The notes beneath the pieces are model-generated. The model did no database searches. It saw nothing but the letters and a program-made list of their open reading frames with translations, and was not told where the DNA came from. A DNA stretch of 64,000 nt from Octopus sinensis. Its lineage: Eukaryota. The stretch spans positions 56,680,464-56,744,463 of the forward strand of contig NC_043011.1 of the NCBI RefSeq assembly GCF_006345805.1, read 5' to 3'. Position 1 is the stretch's first letter. Each line of letters begins with the position of its first letter. Below are positions 12,034 through 25,913 of this stretch, piece by piece. The translations under genes were made by a program, and so were the position numbers.

Positions 12034-12412
12034 GGGCTGGCATGGCTGTGTGGTAAGAAGCTTGCTTCCCAACCACATGGTTCTGGGTTCGGTCACACTG
12101 CATGGCATCTTAGTATCTTCTACTTTAGCCTCAGCCCAACCAAAGCTTTGTGAGTGCATTCGGTAGATGGAAACTGAAAGAAGCTTATTGAATGTATGGA
12201 TGTGTGTGTGTATGTTTGTGTCTGTGCTTGTTCCCCACCACCATCACCATTTGATAACCAATGTTGGTGTGTTTTCATCCCCATAACTTAGCAGTTCAGC
12301 AAAAGAGACTGATAGAATAAGTACCAGGCTTAAAACCTAAGTCCTGGGATCGATTCATTCGACTGAAAATTCTTCAAGGTGGCGCCCCAGCATGGCCACA
12401 GTCTCATGACTG
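12034..12412 (+). mobile_element. tRNA-head SINE (dominant family)
   Basis: Same head and body; ends ...ggccacagtctcatgactga. Confidence 0.85.
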
Positions 12413-12483
12413 AGAGAGAGAGAGAAAGAGAGAGAAAAGACAAAACCTAAAATAAATCGGGACTGCTGAAAGAATCGACTCAC

Positions 12484-12599
12484 TGATACAGTTTTTCTTT
12501 GTCAATTAAATCATTGGTGTCTTTTTTGCTTTTAGTTCCTGACTTCTTTGAGGTAGAATTAGTTCTTTTACGAGCTGGAGCGGGAGGAGGAAGAGGCAT
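12484..12599 (-). CDS. TEX9: TEX9 orthologue, first clear coding exon (exon 12484-12620; ATG at 12599): MPLPPPAPARKRTNSTSKKSGTKSKKDTNDLIDKEKLY(Q)
   Basis: Acceptor ttcttttgtgttctttcag at 12621 and donor GTGAGT at 12483; ends in phase 2. DLIDKEKLYQELNAEL matches vertebrate TEX9 DLLALEEEYKRLNAEL as I recall it. The frame is open to the exon start (THPGIFS), so an upstream coding exon is possible. Confidence 0.85.
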
Positions 12600-12686
12600 G
12601 CTGAAAATTCCAGGATGTGTCTGAAAGAACACAAAAGAAAAAAGAACTTGATATTCTTTATCATCTTCACTTGGTTTACATAAGAC

Positions 12687-14123
12687 CTTTTGGGATTACT
12701 GGAACCTCTGGTCACTGTTGCTAATGACAAGAACAAAGAAGATTTAGTTGGAGTTTCTCAGCTGTAAACTCTTGGTGAAGGAGTTTGTATGACACTGAAG
12801 TCAATGAAATTGGTCCCCTAATAGTCAACTGGTATTTTATTTCAGAGAATGATTTTGACTGATCTTGCATTAGACAACAGCATAGTTCTAGGTTCAAACC
12901 AGATTGAATTCTTATAAAGTCCCATGGTATTAAATTTAGTGCATATTTCTCATCTTTTGTTCTTTTTTTTATTTGTTTGTCATTTATCAAACAAATCAAC
13001 CCCAGTTTTTTTGTTTTTAAGTCTGGTACTTATTCTATTGGGCTATTTTGGTGAACCACTAAGTTATGGGGACATAACAAACTGACACTGGTTGCCAAGC
13101 AGTGGGCGGGGGGGGACAAACACACACACACACAGCACACATATATGTATGTATATGTGTGTGTGTATGCATGTATATATATATATATATAAAAATTAAA
13201 TTAGAGATAAAACCACTATTAGGCAAATCAAACAGTGAAAAACATAAACCAAAACATAAAAATAAATATAATTAATATAATATGCAAAATATATAAAATA
13301 TAAAATTTAAAATTAAATTAATTAAATTTAAAAGCCGAAGGCTGCACCAGGCCAGTCAGATCTGGCAGTGTTTCTACAGCTGGATGCCCTTCCTAACGCC
13401 AACCACTCCGAGAGTGTAGTGGGTGATTTTATGTGCCACCGACACAGGTGCCAGACGAAGCTGGCAGACGGCCACGCTCGGATGGTGTTTTTTATGTGCC
13501 ACTGACACAGGTGCCAGACGAGGCTGGCAGACGGCCACGCTCAGATGGTGTTTTCTTATGTGTCACCGACACAGGTGCCAGACGAGGCTGGCGAACGGCC
13601 ACGCTCAGATGGTGTTTGTTACGTGCCCTCAGTACGGAGGCCAGTCGATGCGGTACTGGCTACGGTCACGTTCGGATGGTTTTCTTATATATATATATAT
13701 CATTGTGTGTGTGACTTTGGGTCACCCCACTGCTTGACAACCAGTGCTGATGTTTTTATGTGCTCAGTTCAGCAAAAGGGACCTATAGAATAAGTACCAA
13801 GCTTTAAAATTTACTGGGGTTGATTGATTCAACTAAAAAAAAAATCTTCAAGATCCACTAAATTTAATGCCATGGGACTTTGTAAGAATTCAGTCTGGTT
13901 TGAACCTAGAACTATGCTGTTGTCTAATGCAAGGTCAGTCCTGGTCAGTCAAAATCATTCTCCGAAATAAAATACCAGTTGACTATTGGGGAATAATTTC
14001 ATTGACTTTAGTGTCATACAAACTCCTTCACCAAGAGTTTACAGCTGAGAAACTCCCAATTAAATCTTCTTTGTTCTTGTTGTCGTTAGCAACAGTGACC
14101 ACAGGTACCAGTAATCTCAAAAG
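12687..14123. repeat. Inverted repeat with arms 12687-12941 and 13856-14123
   Basis: Arms align by eye at roughly 90% identity; the ~0.9-kb spacer contains SINE and RTE-tail pieces. Confidence 0.9.
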
Positions 14124-15811
14124 AAAAAAGATAGCAGAGAAATGTGCAGAGAAGGTTAAACTGAAATAAATTCTGCCAACCGACAGCAGCCAGTTTTGGG
14201 GTCTGAGAGGAGATTTTGGTGCTGTTCTACTCTTAATCCACTGTTGAGTATTTAGTGGTTGCGAAGAGATCCAGTTGAGAAAAGCAATTGTTCCAACAAA
14301 ATACAGAAATACAAATTAGCCAAAATAAAATAAAATAAACGAGCATGAGAGATTGATTGGAGAAGGAAAATACAAAACAAAACGAAATTTTAACCAATTA
14401 GAAGAATATTTTGATTAACAAATTCTAAATCACCTCATGCTCCCTCGTTATAGCACTCTTTGATCGTGGAATACTTTTAGTTAAAACATCAAAAAATTTA
14501 TAATAATATTATACTTTCATTAAAGATGTTTTATTGCATAAGATCTTAATTATGAGATCTTAATTAATTAAATGTATTCTATAATTTCCTTATGACATTA
14601 CACCGTTCAAACGTAACATAACACTATGAATGTCTCCTCACATTTCCATTGAAGTATTGGGTTAATGATTCGTACTGACATTATATATTTCATTCTTTAA
14701 TCATGAGACTGTGGTCAGGCTGGAGCACTGCACTCAACATGTTATTGAACCTAAGTACTTCTTTCAGTTTTCTTTTTTTATTGATCCTTGTTTATCAAGT
14801 AGCTGAGTGACATTTTTTTTATGCAACATCAGCCTTTTATCCAATGGTGTTGTGTCAGAGACAGACACTGGACTGTGGCCATACTGGAGCACTCACAAAG
14901 GGTTTTGGTAGAATAGCTCAACTCTTGATTTTTAAGCCTTGTACTTACTCTGTTGGTCTTTTTTGCTAAACCCGAATGTTATGGGGACATAAAAATGAAC
15001 CAACACTAGTGTCAAGCTATAGGTTGACACATATATGTGTGTGTGTGTATACATTCATATACATATGAGAGGACCTTGTCTTGCAAGGTACTTGGTAGCC
15101 CCATGGGGGGGGGTCTGGTACTACATAAAAAAGCATGCAGTACACTCTGTGAAGTGGTTGGCATTAGGAAGGGCATCCAGCCATAGAAACCATGCCAAAA
15201 TAGACAATGAAATCTGATGCAGCTCTCCAGCTTGCTGCTCCTATCAAACTTTCCTACCTGTACCAGCATGGAAAGCAGATGCTAAATGATGATGATGATG
15301 ATGATGATGATGGCAACAATGATGATGATGATGAGTGGTAATGTGATGGAGGGGTGTTGTGGAGAAATTCTTTTTGATTAAATTTGGGGTTACATTATTG
15401 TTCAGAGTTTATTCCTGTATAAAGAACTTTGTAAAAGTGTATATTTAGATGTGTCAGTTACAGGTCATGGGATTTATATATGAATTTCAATTTGTGTATA
15501 TCATTGGAAGAATTTTATCCTTTTTTTTTCTTAGATATTAAACACTCCTACAGAGGGAGAGTTTCTGACAACTAATTTCATAGATAACTTCAGTCAGTTG
15601 AAGCTTCTGAACTCACAATTATTATATATGTATCTATGGTATGCTTACTTTCTCAACTCTGGATGAGAAAAATAAAGTAAATTGCAGTTGGATTTGAACC
15701 TTGAACCTAAAAAGTCATAAATAAATACCACAAAAGCATAGTGTCTAGCACTCAAAACCATTCTGCCAATGGACAAGTCTAATTTTAAAATGTTTCAATG
15801 AAGTTTTATTT

Positions 15812-15864
<53 letters not shown>

Positions 15865-16379
15865 AATGGCACTGTTTATACTGCATTGACATTTCATTTT
15901 GATGTCCCACCTAAATAATTTATTCCATTTTCCAGTTGTTTGACTTCTGGAGACTCATTAAATAAAATTCCTTACAAGAAAGAAAAAAGAGAAAACTAAA
16001 TTATGGTTGGCACCAGGAAAGGCATCCTGCTGTAGGATGTTGTATAGAGGACTCTAATCCTTACCATAGCAGCATGGAGAAAGGAGATTGTGAAAACGAT
16101 GATGTCGGTGGTGGTGGCAATGATGATGGTGGTGGTGGTAGTGGTGCTGCTGCTGTTGTTGTTGTTAAGCAACAAGACGGGTATGGGTGAATAGGTGATG
16201 GTCTGGGGCTTAGGGGCGGGAGACCCCAGACCTTGGAAAAAAAAAATTTGGTCGTCTTGTAGTCGAGGGCTCTTCATTGACGCCCGACACCACTGGGAGG
16301 TGGCCCTCGCTGGAAATGGAGATCTCCAGGTCCAAATTCTTGAACAGCTGCTGCTGCTGCTTTGTTTGTTTGTTTGTTT

Positions 16380-16740
16380 GTTGAGCGAAGCGGTCTTTGT
16401 CCTCTTCGGAGAAGTCCAGAACGTGGTCCTTTGCTATTCGTAAGACCCGCAGAAGAGAAAGCAGGTCAACCCCCGACACCGAGGGCATCAACGGATGGAT
16501 GAATGCGCATCCAGGCTCAGCGGTTGCGTAGAAAGTCGGGGACAAGAAACAGGAAGAAAGAGTGAGAGAAAGTTGGAGCGAAAGAGTACAACAGGGGTCG
16601 CCACCACCCCCTGCTGGAGCCTCGTGGAGCTTTAGGTGTTTTCGCTCAATAAACACACACAACGCCTGGTCTGGGAATCGAAACCGTGATCCTCCGACCG
16701 CGAGTCCGCTGCCCTAACCATTGGGCCATTGCGCCTCCAC
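16380..16740 (-). mobile_element. Third tRNA-derived SINE family
   Basis: Head ggaggcgcaatggcccaatggttagggcagcggactcgcggtcggaggatc..ttcgattccc; second copy at 24250-24640. Confidence 0.85.
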
Positions 16741-18844
16741 TACTGCTGCTGCTGCTAATGGTTTGTAATGATGCAAATAAGAGACACCAGCTGCCAGGCC
16801 ACAAGAACTGATACCAAGTTTCTTCTTTTCTGCTGTAAAAACATTTCCTTCCCCCAAACCCTTCTTCACTTCCTACCTTATATGTAATAAAACAGCTTCT
16901 TACTTAGCTCCTTCCATGACTCCCACTCCTGTTACCTGACTAAATAAACAGACAGGCCCCCCACCCCCTCGTTTTTATGAAGACATCAGGAATTTATTGG
17001 TTTATTTATTTATTTCTTTTAGAGACATTTCAATTCCAAACAGCCATTTAACCAGGATTTGCTCTTATTTATGACTGGCATTTGTTTGGTCGGGTCTGGG
17101 TGTGTATGTATGGATGTCTAAGGGAGTGTTAGTGTGTGTGTGTATGTGTAAGTGCACATGTAATAGCATGTTTATGTGAGCATGGTGTATGTATATGTAT
17201 ATGTGTATATGCATGTTTTTATGAGTGTGTGTGCATGTGCATGCGTGTGTCTGGTATGTTTGTATACATATGTGTGTAAGTGTATGTGTGATTTTATGTC
17301 TGCATGTACGAGTATACATGTATGTATGAGTGTGCATGTGTGTGTGTGTGTGTACGTGCAAATATAAGCTTATATTTATGCATGTGAACATGGTGTGTGT
17401 GTGCATGTGTTTATATTTGTGTGTGTTGCATATATATATACACACACATATATATTTGTGTATACATATGTATGTATGTATATATATGTATATATATGTG
17501 CATGTATATATGTATATATATGTGTGTGTATATGTATATATACATACATATATACATACACACACATATATATATGTATGTGTGCATGTCTGTTTGTGTG
17601 TATGAAGCTTATGTATGATTTTGTATGCATCTATGCTTGTAAGTGTGCCATTGTGTGTGTGTGTGTGTGTGTGTGTCTATACATATGTAAGTATTCTTTT
17701 CTTTCTTTCTTTAACTTCCCAGAATATTGGAAAATACAGAAAAAAAAAACCCAACTAAATCTAAAAAATGAGTGAAGACTTTCCCATTTAACAGCAGTGG
17801 GGGTGCTGGTGGTGGTAGAAGACAACTTTATCACCTGCCTGAAACTTGATACCAAGGAATTGGTGTGGTCTGTGGCTTAGGGGAAGGCAAGAAGGCACAG
17901 CTAAGAAAGGCTTGCTAGTTGAGAAATGCAGCTGAGTGACACTGGCTGGCTGTTAGAGTGAGGAAATTGCACTTCAGCCCATAACCCCACCTCTCTCTCT
18001 CTACCTTATCTCCTTCCTCCCTGCCCCCTATCTGTCTGTCTGTCTGTCTCTCTCTCCCTGATCACACTCCTATTTGTTGTAATAAAATACAGAATTGCTG
18101 TCAAGATGTGGAACATCCCTCATATGTTTTTCTGACAAATATTGGATTGAGAGTCAGTCACAGAGACAACCTTCTCATTCTTATGGCATGATGAACCTGT
18201 CAGAGACTTTCTGTGAATTCTGCTACCATTATTATCAGTCTTTTTATTTTTCCCTCAAGCCTGCTTCTTGTCTCACAAACATTTCCCAGAATCTAGAATC
18301 CTTCTGCTGATTTGAGAAATATTAATTTTTTATGGAAACACAAAGCTAGAAATTTGAGTGGAAGGGAGCATTCAAATAATCGGACCCTAAGCGGGTGTCT
18401 CATACTTTATTTTGGCTGCAAGGAGGTGACCAGTGGGGTCAACATAGGCATTGGAAGGACTGCTTGGATGTGGGTGTATGTTTTGAAGACCTGAAATGAT
18501 CAGTGACCCCCTTGACACAACACCAAGAAGGATGTGTCGTCCATCTGGGTATTGCATCTGTGGATGTATTTTAAACTGTGAAGACTGGAAAAGAGGAAAA
18601 GGTGACTTTGGTGGAATTTGAACTCGAAATAACACATTGTTTTATAGTGTGGCTAAGAAGCTTGCTTTGTAACCATGTCATTTCAGTTTCAGTTCCACTG
18701 TGTGGTACTTTGGGAAGAATTCTTCAACTATGAGCCCTAAGTTGGACAATATCTTGTGAGTGAATTTGATAGACAGAAACTGTGTAGAAGCCCATAGTAT
18801 GCATGTATGTATGTATGTACATACATACATACATACATACATAA

Positions 18845-18898
<54 letters not shown>

Positions 18899-18939
18899 GC
18901 AAATAACACCTGTAAGGAGGTGCTTTATCCATTCACTAA

Positions 18940-19540
18940 GGTAAATGGACCCTTGACCAGGAGGATGCCCTTCCTGATGCCAACAACTCCAAGAGTGTAA
19001 TGGGTGCTTTTTACGTGCCACAAGTACAGGAGCCAGTCAGGTGGCACTGGCAATGACTACGTTTGAATGGTGCTTTTTACATGCCACCAGCATGGGAGCC
19101 AGTCAGGTGGCACTGGCAACGATCACACTCAATTGGTGCTTTTAACATGTCACTAGCACATGACCAGTCAAGCTGCACTGGCATCGACTACACTCGAATC
19201 GTGCTTTTTACATGCCACCGGCATGGGAGCCAGTCAGGTGACACTGCTATCAGTCATGACAATGATTTCACTTGACTCAACAGGTCTTCTCAAGCACAGC
19301 TTATAGCCCGATGATTGAAGGGTACCTTTAAATGGGCCAGTTATGCAACACTGGCATCAGTTACTGCTGTGATCTCACTGGCCTTGCTGGGTCTTCTCAA
19401 GCACAGCATATCTCCAAAGGTCTCGGTCACTTGTCATTGTCTCTGTGAGGCTCCACATTCGAAGGTTGTGCTTCACTACTTCATCCCAGGTCTTCCTGGC
19501 TCTACTTCTTCCACAGGTTCCCTCCACTGTTAGGGTGTGA
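18940..19540 (-). mobile_element. RTE LINE 3' end fragment
   Basis: TVEGTCGRSRARKTWDEVVKHNLRMWSLTETMTSDRDLWRYAVLEKT followed by 3' UTR subrepeats. Confidence 0.85.
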
Positions 19541-19639
19541 CACTTCTTATACATACACACACATACATATATAAACATACACACACATATTATATGTATA
19601 AAACATAAACCAAGACAGAGTCAAACGTTCTTTACACTC

Positions 19640-19870
19640 ATGCAACACCAACCTTGTGGCCTCCAAACACACCAGATTTAAATCTCAAAGACTAATGTGT
19701 TTGGAGCATGATTGAAAGAGAGACTCATCGACATCCTCACAACACATCAGCTTCACTGAAGGCCTCCATTGTCCATATGATGAAACAAATAAGGACCATT
19801 TAGGGCAAGGGTGTCAACAATTCCAGTCCTGTGTGGAAAATGTCATCAAAGCTGAAGGCAGACTCACGAA
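19640..19870 (+). mobile_element. Tc1/mariner (maT-like) transposase C-terminal remnant
   Basis: WPPNTPDLN..D..VWSMIERETHRHPHNT..SLKASI...VENVIKAEG. Confidence 0.75.
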
Positions 19871-20262
19871 AGCTTATATCAACCATATGTTTATTCAAAT
19901 ACTTTCGGTATTTTGCAAGATTAGAGTTGTCTTATTGCATTACCAATTATATCCCCGAATACTTCTCACATCCTCTGTGTGCATGTGTGAGCATATATAT
20001 ACATGTGTGTGTGTATCTGTGTGAGTGTTGGTGTTTCCTGGTCTTCACATTGTTTAGTAGTTGTGAATAAGTGTCACTGTCATACAGGCAGTGTTGTTCA
20101 TTAATAATTGTCTGTGGAAACATGTCTGGTCATGGAGAGATATTATTTTGCTTAGGAACTGGCGAGGACTGGTGACAGGAAGAGCATCCAGCTGCAGAAA
20201 GAAATCTGCTTCATTGAATTCTGTCTGACCTAGGCAAGCAAGGAAAAGTGGATGTTAAAATG

Positions 20263-20462
20263 ATGATGGAGGTGGTGGTGGTGGTGGTGATGATGGTAGT
20301 GATGATGATGATGACGATGGTAGTGATGATGATGATGACGATAGTAGTGATGATGATGATGACAATGGTAGTGATGATGATGATGACGATGGTAGTGATG
20401 ATGATGATGATGATGATGATGATGGTGTTAGTGATGATGATGATGATGGTGACGGTGGTGGT
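20263..20462. repeat. (GAT)n-derived ~21-24 bp minisatellite
   Basis: gtgatgatgatgatgacgatggta-type units repeated about five times. Confidence 0.85.
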
Positions 20463-21299
20463 GAATTTATCTGCCAAGAAATTACAGCAAAAAGTGGAGG
20501 AACACAAAAGGAAATAATGTCAGCATGGAGACGAAGTTGAAGAACAAAGAAACAGGCTCACTCTCCTCTCTGCAAATCTTTAAAAGAAAAGAACTGATGC
20601 CATTGTTAAGACAACCTTCCAACTTCTTTTAGCATCAGATTCCTTTTGACTGATGCCAAACTTGGCTACTTTTCTTCAGTTCTATTGTTTTATTAAGCAG
20701 ATAATTTCTTTGTTTCATAACTTGTTAATTTTTAAAAAATTCTGATGGGAATAGCTATTTATTTTAGCATGTCAATTAACCTTTTCAGGCCTGTTTTACC
20801 TTTTTATATGAAGAAAACAGTTGTTTTCATGATCTAAAATAACTGATGCAGTGAATTTCTGGTTTTTTGCTTGCTTTTCATTAGATATATATACATATAT
20901 ATATTCACATACACATATATTACATTGAACTGCAGCCATGGCTATGGTTCTGGCTTTAAGGATTTTGGTCAAACAAATCAACTCCAGGACTTATTTTAGC
21001 TTCAGGGTCTGACTCCTTTTCTATCTGTTCTTTTTGTCTCACCCCTAAGTTAAAGGGGTTATATACATACAATATACATATAATTTAAATTTTGAATTTT
21101 ATATTTTATATATTTTGTATATTATATTAATTAATTTTATTTCTATGTTTTGGTTTATGTTTTTCACTGTTTGATTTGCCTAATAGTGGTTTTATCTCTA
21201 ATTTAATATATAAATATATATATTTATACTGTAAAATTAGATTTAATCCTAAATCTAATTTTTCCCTGTAAGTTTGGATTTACTTCCTAATATTATTAT

Positions 21300-21337
<38 letters not shown>

Positions 21338-22103
21338 TAGATATGTATACATATATACTTATATATATATATTAGGTACAACATTAAAAGATGATGGCAG
21401 TGATGATGTATCCAGGGCAATAAATAGTAGAAGACAGTTGCTCAAGGTGCCGTACTGTGAGACTGAACTCATAATTGCATGGTAGCAAAATGAGCTTGTT
21501 AACCACACAGCCATGCCTGGATAATATTAAACATATTCCTGTGCCAAAATATAGAGAGAGGTCACAGTTTAAACTTTGGAAATTTACCAATCCCAAAGTA
21601 ACCTGCATAAGTCTTCATGCGATATCAATCCGCAAGTGAATGACAACATCTCTTCAATCTTGATTCCAGATGGTTCTGTTCTTCGACATGTCTATAACAT
21701 TAAATGAATTAATTGTTTCAATCAGGAATCAAGTGAAGAGAGAATGCGACAGTTAGGTGTAGTCTTGCCACACACACACACACACAGATGCATTGTGTTG
21801 TCCAGCTGTCTGCTCTAAAAACATTTTAAGATTAGATACGTAAATGTTCATCTGTAATAGGTCTGAACAGGTTAAAATTTCCAATTTGTCAACTTAATAT
21901 ATCGTATTTAAAATATTAAATATTCACTGAGAAAACATTGTGTTTTATTTCTAAAACAGTCATCAATAAGATTATTAAACATTGTTTCACAATAGCAAGC
22001 AATAAATATGCTTGCAATTGTGAACAACAAACAGAGAAAAAAAAAAGTGATTGTTTTTTCGACCAAAATTGTTAAATGCAAATGCTTCTTGCTCATTATT
22101 GCA

Positions 22104-22492
22104 GTGGTGGCTATATGGTAAGAAGCTTGCTTCCCAACCATATGGCTGTGTGTTCAATCCTGCTATGTGGTGCCTTGAGCATGTTTCTTCTAGTATAGCC
22201 TTGAGCTGATCAAAGCTTTGTGAGTGGATTTGGTAGACAGAAACTGAAAGAAGCCCATCAAATATTTGTGTGTGTGTGTGTATCTTTGTACCTGTGTTTG
22301 TCCTCCACTACATTGCTTGACAACTAGTGTTGGTTTGTTTATGTCCGCATAGCTTAGCAGTTCAGCAAAAGTGACAAATATAAAAAGTACCAGCATTAAC
22401 AAAAGTCCTGGGATTGAATTGTTCAACTAAAAATGTTTGAAGGTGGTGCCCCAGTATGGCCACAGTCTAATGACTGAAACAAGCAAAAGATA
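22104..22492 (+). mobile_element. tRNA-head SINE (dominant family)
   Basis: Same consensus as above. Confidence 0.85.
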
Positions 22493-24249
22493 CGAGAGGT
22501 TGTTTGCTGACACAAGCCATGCTACACAATTAATTGTTAACCTAAGTTGAGAGTTTTAGTGGCGCCATTCCTGTTGAAGTGGTTTCCCCTTTGTGATTCC
22601 ATTCAGTATCAACACGAATCAGAGGTTGGTGTTAGGAAAGGCGTTCTGACAAGGGATGGCCATGCAAGGAAAAGTTGAAGAATCACCAAACTTGTATAAC
22701 TAAGAACAACTGAGAGAAAAAGATGAACTTGATCTTCTGGACTGACTCAACAGAGTTGGAGGGAGGGTGTGAAATGTTTGGGGTTTGGCCATTTTGGCCT
22801 CACTCATTTTTGATGCTGATTTAGTTGGCATCTGGCATTTTAATGTTGCCCTTGTTCTCTCTCTCTCTTCCTTCTCTCTCTCTCTCCTCCCTCTCTCTCT
22901 CTCCTCCTCTCTCTCATCCCCCTATCTCTTCCTGTTTATATGTGGGAGAATATTTCTCTTTTATGTGTTTGAGAAGGAAAGTGTTTATGCCAATCAGGTT
23001 CAGTTGGAATCTCCTTCTCTCTCTCTCTCTTTCCCCTTCTCTATTTGTATGTGTATATTTCTGCATGTGCGGGTGTGACATGTTTGCCCCAGGTGCCAGA
23101 AAGTACTGTCACCAAAGAAGCCATCACCAAAATAGGTTCAATGTCCAGTCAGCCATGCCAAACACCCATGCCCAGTCCATTCAAAGCTGGATATAGATAC
23201 CTGAGCTATGACATACAAAATGTATGTTCTATATTGGCTAACCTTGTTCTAAGCTTTTTTTTTTTTTGGTCTGAAACAGATACTTAACCTTTTCAGATAT
23301 TGCAGATGAATACTATCAAAGCCTCCAACAAAAAAGGCAAATTATGTATTCATTGAATCAACAAATATTTTGTGGCCAATGGAGAATTTTTGGTTTGTTT
23401 ATTATTTGGCAGACATAAAATCTTTACCATTATAATGGATGCACTCACAAAACTGCAACTGCATTCATACGACTGTAGAAGCAGATGATTATGCTTTGAT
23501 AAAAGCAAGCATCATGTTTTGGGAAAAACTTTTGAATGGTGAAGCATTTGGAAGCATTTCAAAGCAAAAGGTTTAGCAAAACACTGTCAAACAGATTCTT
23601 TAAACCTGAGTCTCCCAAAGTCAGATATCATGTGACATGTTAAGACAACAAAGAGACTGTTACTCAATTATTTACCAAATACAGAGAATTCACTTAATGA
23701 GTTGAAAAGGAGGTGTTGAAGAGTCTGGAAGTAAATTAATGCCTGGTGCTATTTTAATTAAGATGGGAAGTACCCATTGCCTACTTTTGATGATTTTTTG
23801 ATAACTATTCAGTCTTGTTTGAATGTTGTCAAGAATGTGTAGAGCCCCAATTGAATGCTCATATCTGGCGCTAGGTTCAAATGGAAATATTTAGTTTCTT
23901 CTTTGGCCACAGTTCTTTTACTCACACGCAGACAATTTATCAAAGTCACGTCAAACAGAAAACTTTCTGTGAATGAATGGACAAAGGTTTATATTTTGGC
24001 AAACATTTAAGACCAACTGAATGGAGAAACAGCCAAATGCAAACACCAAATAATAGAAATTTGTAAAATTTGCCAAGTTTTGTTGGTAACATTTGGTACG
24101 GCTGAATAAACACTTTCTCGAACAAAATGATTGAAAAATATGTCTTTGGTCAAGAATGACACAGGCAAGATTAAATCCTTTGGCTATTCATTCATAGCCA
24201 AAAAAAAAAAGGGGCAAACAAAATAACTCTGATTGCAGTTGCCGTTTGT

Positions 24250-24640
24250 TTGTTGAGCGAAGCGGTCTTCGTCCCAGAGCTCGCAAGATCGCACCTCAGG
24301 ATTGTCTGCAGAAGTTTGAAATGTGGTCCTTTGCTATTTGTAAGACCCACAGAAGAGAAAGCAGGTCAACCCTCGACACCGAGAGCATCGCGGATGGATG
24401 AATGCGCATTCAGGCTCAGCGGTTGCGTAGGAAGTCGGGGACAAGAAACAGGAAGAAAGAGTGAGAGAAAGTTGGAGCGAAAGAGTACAACAGAGGTCGC
24501 CACCACTCCCTGCCGGAGCCTCGTGGAGCGTTAGGTGTTTTCACTCAATAAACACACACAACACCCGGTTTGGGAATCAAAACCGCGATCCTCTGACCGC
24601 GAGTCCGCTGCCCTAACCACTGGGCCATTGCGCCTCCACT
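24250..24640 (-). mobile_element. Third tRNA-derived SINE family
   Basis: Homologous to 16380-16740. Confidence 0.85.
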
Positions 24641-25853
24641 TGCAGTTGCTGTGGAATTTGTCTTCTGTATTGGGAAAAGAACTGTGATACATTCTGACTG
24701 GTTCAATAGTAAACTTATTTGAATAATAAGGTTTTATTATTGTGACTTTGCATTCTTAGAAAGTCACTATTGAGATTTTGCTAGAAATACATCATAAACT
24801 TTAATCAATGCCTTTCAAAACCTCCCAGTTTCAGCAAAATCCTGTATTTTTTTTTCTTGCCTCTCGTTACACTTGGTTCATCTTTTAATATTAATTTAGA
24901 GGGAAAATCCTGATATTGAAGGAGAGAAGTGTGTACAGTGTGTACTTTGTGGTTCTGAAACAATAATGCATGGGAGAAAGCAAGTTTTCCTAATGTGGAC
25001 CTGACAAAGGGACCAACCATCCAAACTGGTATCATAAAGCAATTAAGGATATGGAGAGAGAGGAAGTCCCTGGTCTGTCAGGTGTTCCACTGAGATGCTT
25101 TACCCCCCACCCACACTTTTCTCCTGTACACCTATTCATTTTGCTAATGGAAGCTTCCACCTTTATGTGCCTCTGATTCTGTCCTTGGCATTATGCATCT
25201 CTCTTGCACCCTACCACTTCACATCATCTGTGCTGCCATCAATCACCTCACTAACCCATTCCTATTTCCTCCACCCTTCCCTCCAACTGATTTTCAGGAC
25301 TGACCACACCTCCACCCCTGTTCACCCCTCACCTGCCACTCTCCTTCCACACTCTTACTCACCCACCCATTCACCCTGACTAATTCTCTGCAACCAATTC
25401 TCTTTTGTTCTCCTTTCTATAACTTGAAGGTACACCCTAACACATCTTCACCACCATCACTTCTCTTTCCCAACTGAGGTAACCACATACCTCCTCCACA
25501 GAAAGACACCTGTCACACTTGGCCTTCTATCATACTTTAGCTTCTCATCATTTGGCAAAAAAAAACTGCCTCCCCCAAAACTACTCTCACCTCAGTTGGC
25601 GAGGCCTTGACTTGCAAATTACTTGGCAACCACATTAAGCAACCAGTACACACTCTCAGAGTGGTTGGCATTAGGAAGGGCATCCAGCTGTAGGAACCAT
25701 GCCAAAACTGAGGCATTGGGGCTTGATGCTGTCCTCTGAATTGCCAGCTGCTGTTGAATCATCCAACTCATGCCAGCATGGAAAAATCATCATCATCATC
25801 ATCCTCACTATCATCATCATCATCATCATCATCACCACCACCACCACACCACC

Positions 25854-25913
<60 letters not shown>

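Noticed and set aside
14170-14240. Possible upstream TEX9 exon (SRTAPKSPLRPQ...)
   Set aside because: Weak donor (GTTGGC) and no recognisable homology; cannot be supported.
16680-16740. tRNA-like A/B boxes in SINE heads
   Set aside because: They continue directly into SINE bodies and lack a complete cloverleaf, so they are not tRNA genes.
17065-17775. Long ORFs such as [16 protein letters not shown] here and at 20.2, 42.7-44.8, 49, 51, 55-57 and 60 kb
   Set aside because: These are translations of microsatellites and low-complexity tracts.
23290-24200. Possible decayed Mutator-like transposase (GCTHKT motif)
   Set aside because: A single short motif in a heavily interrupted frame is insufficient.
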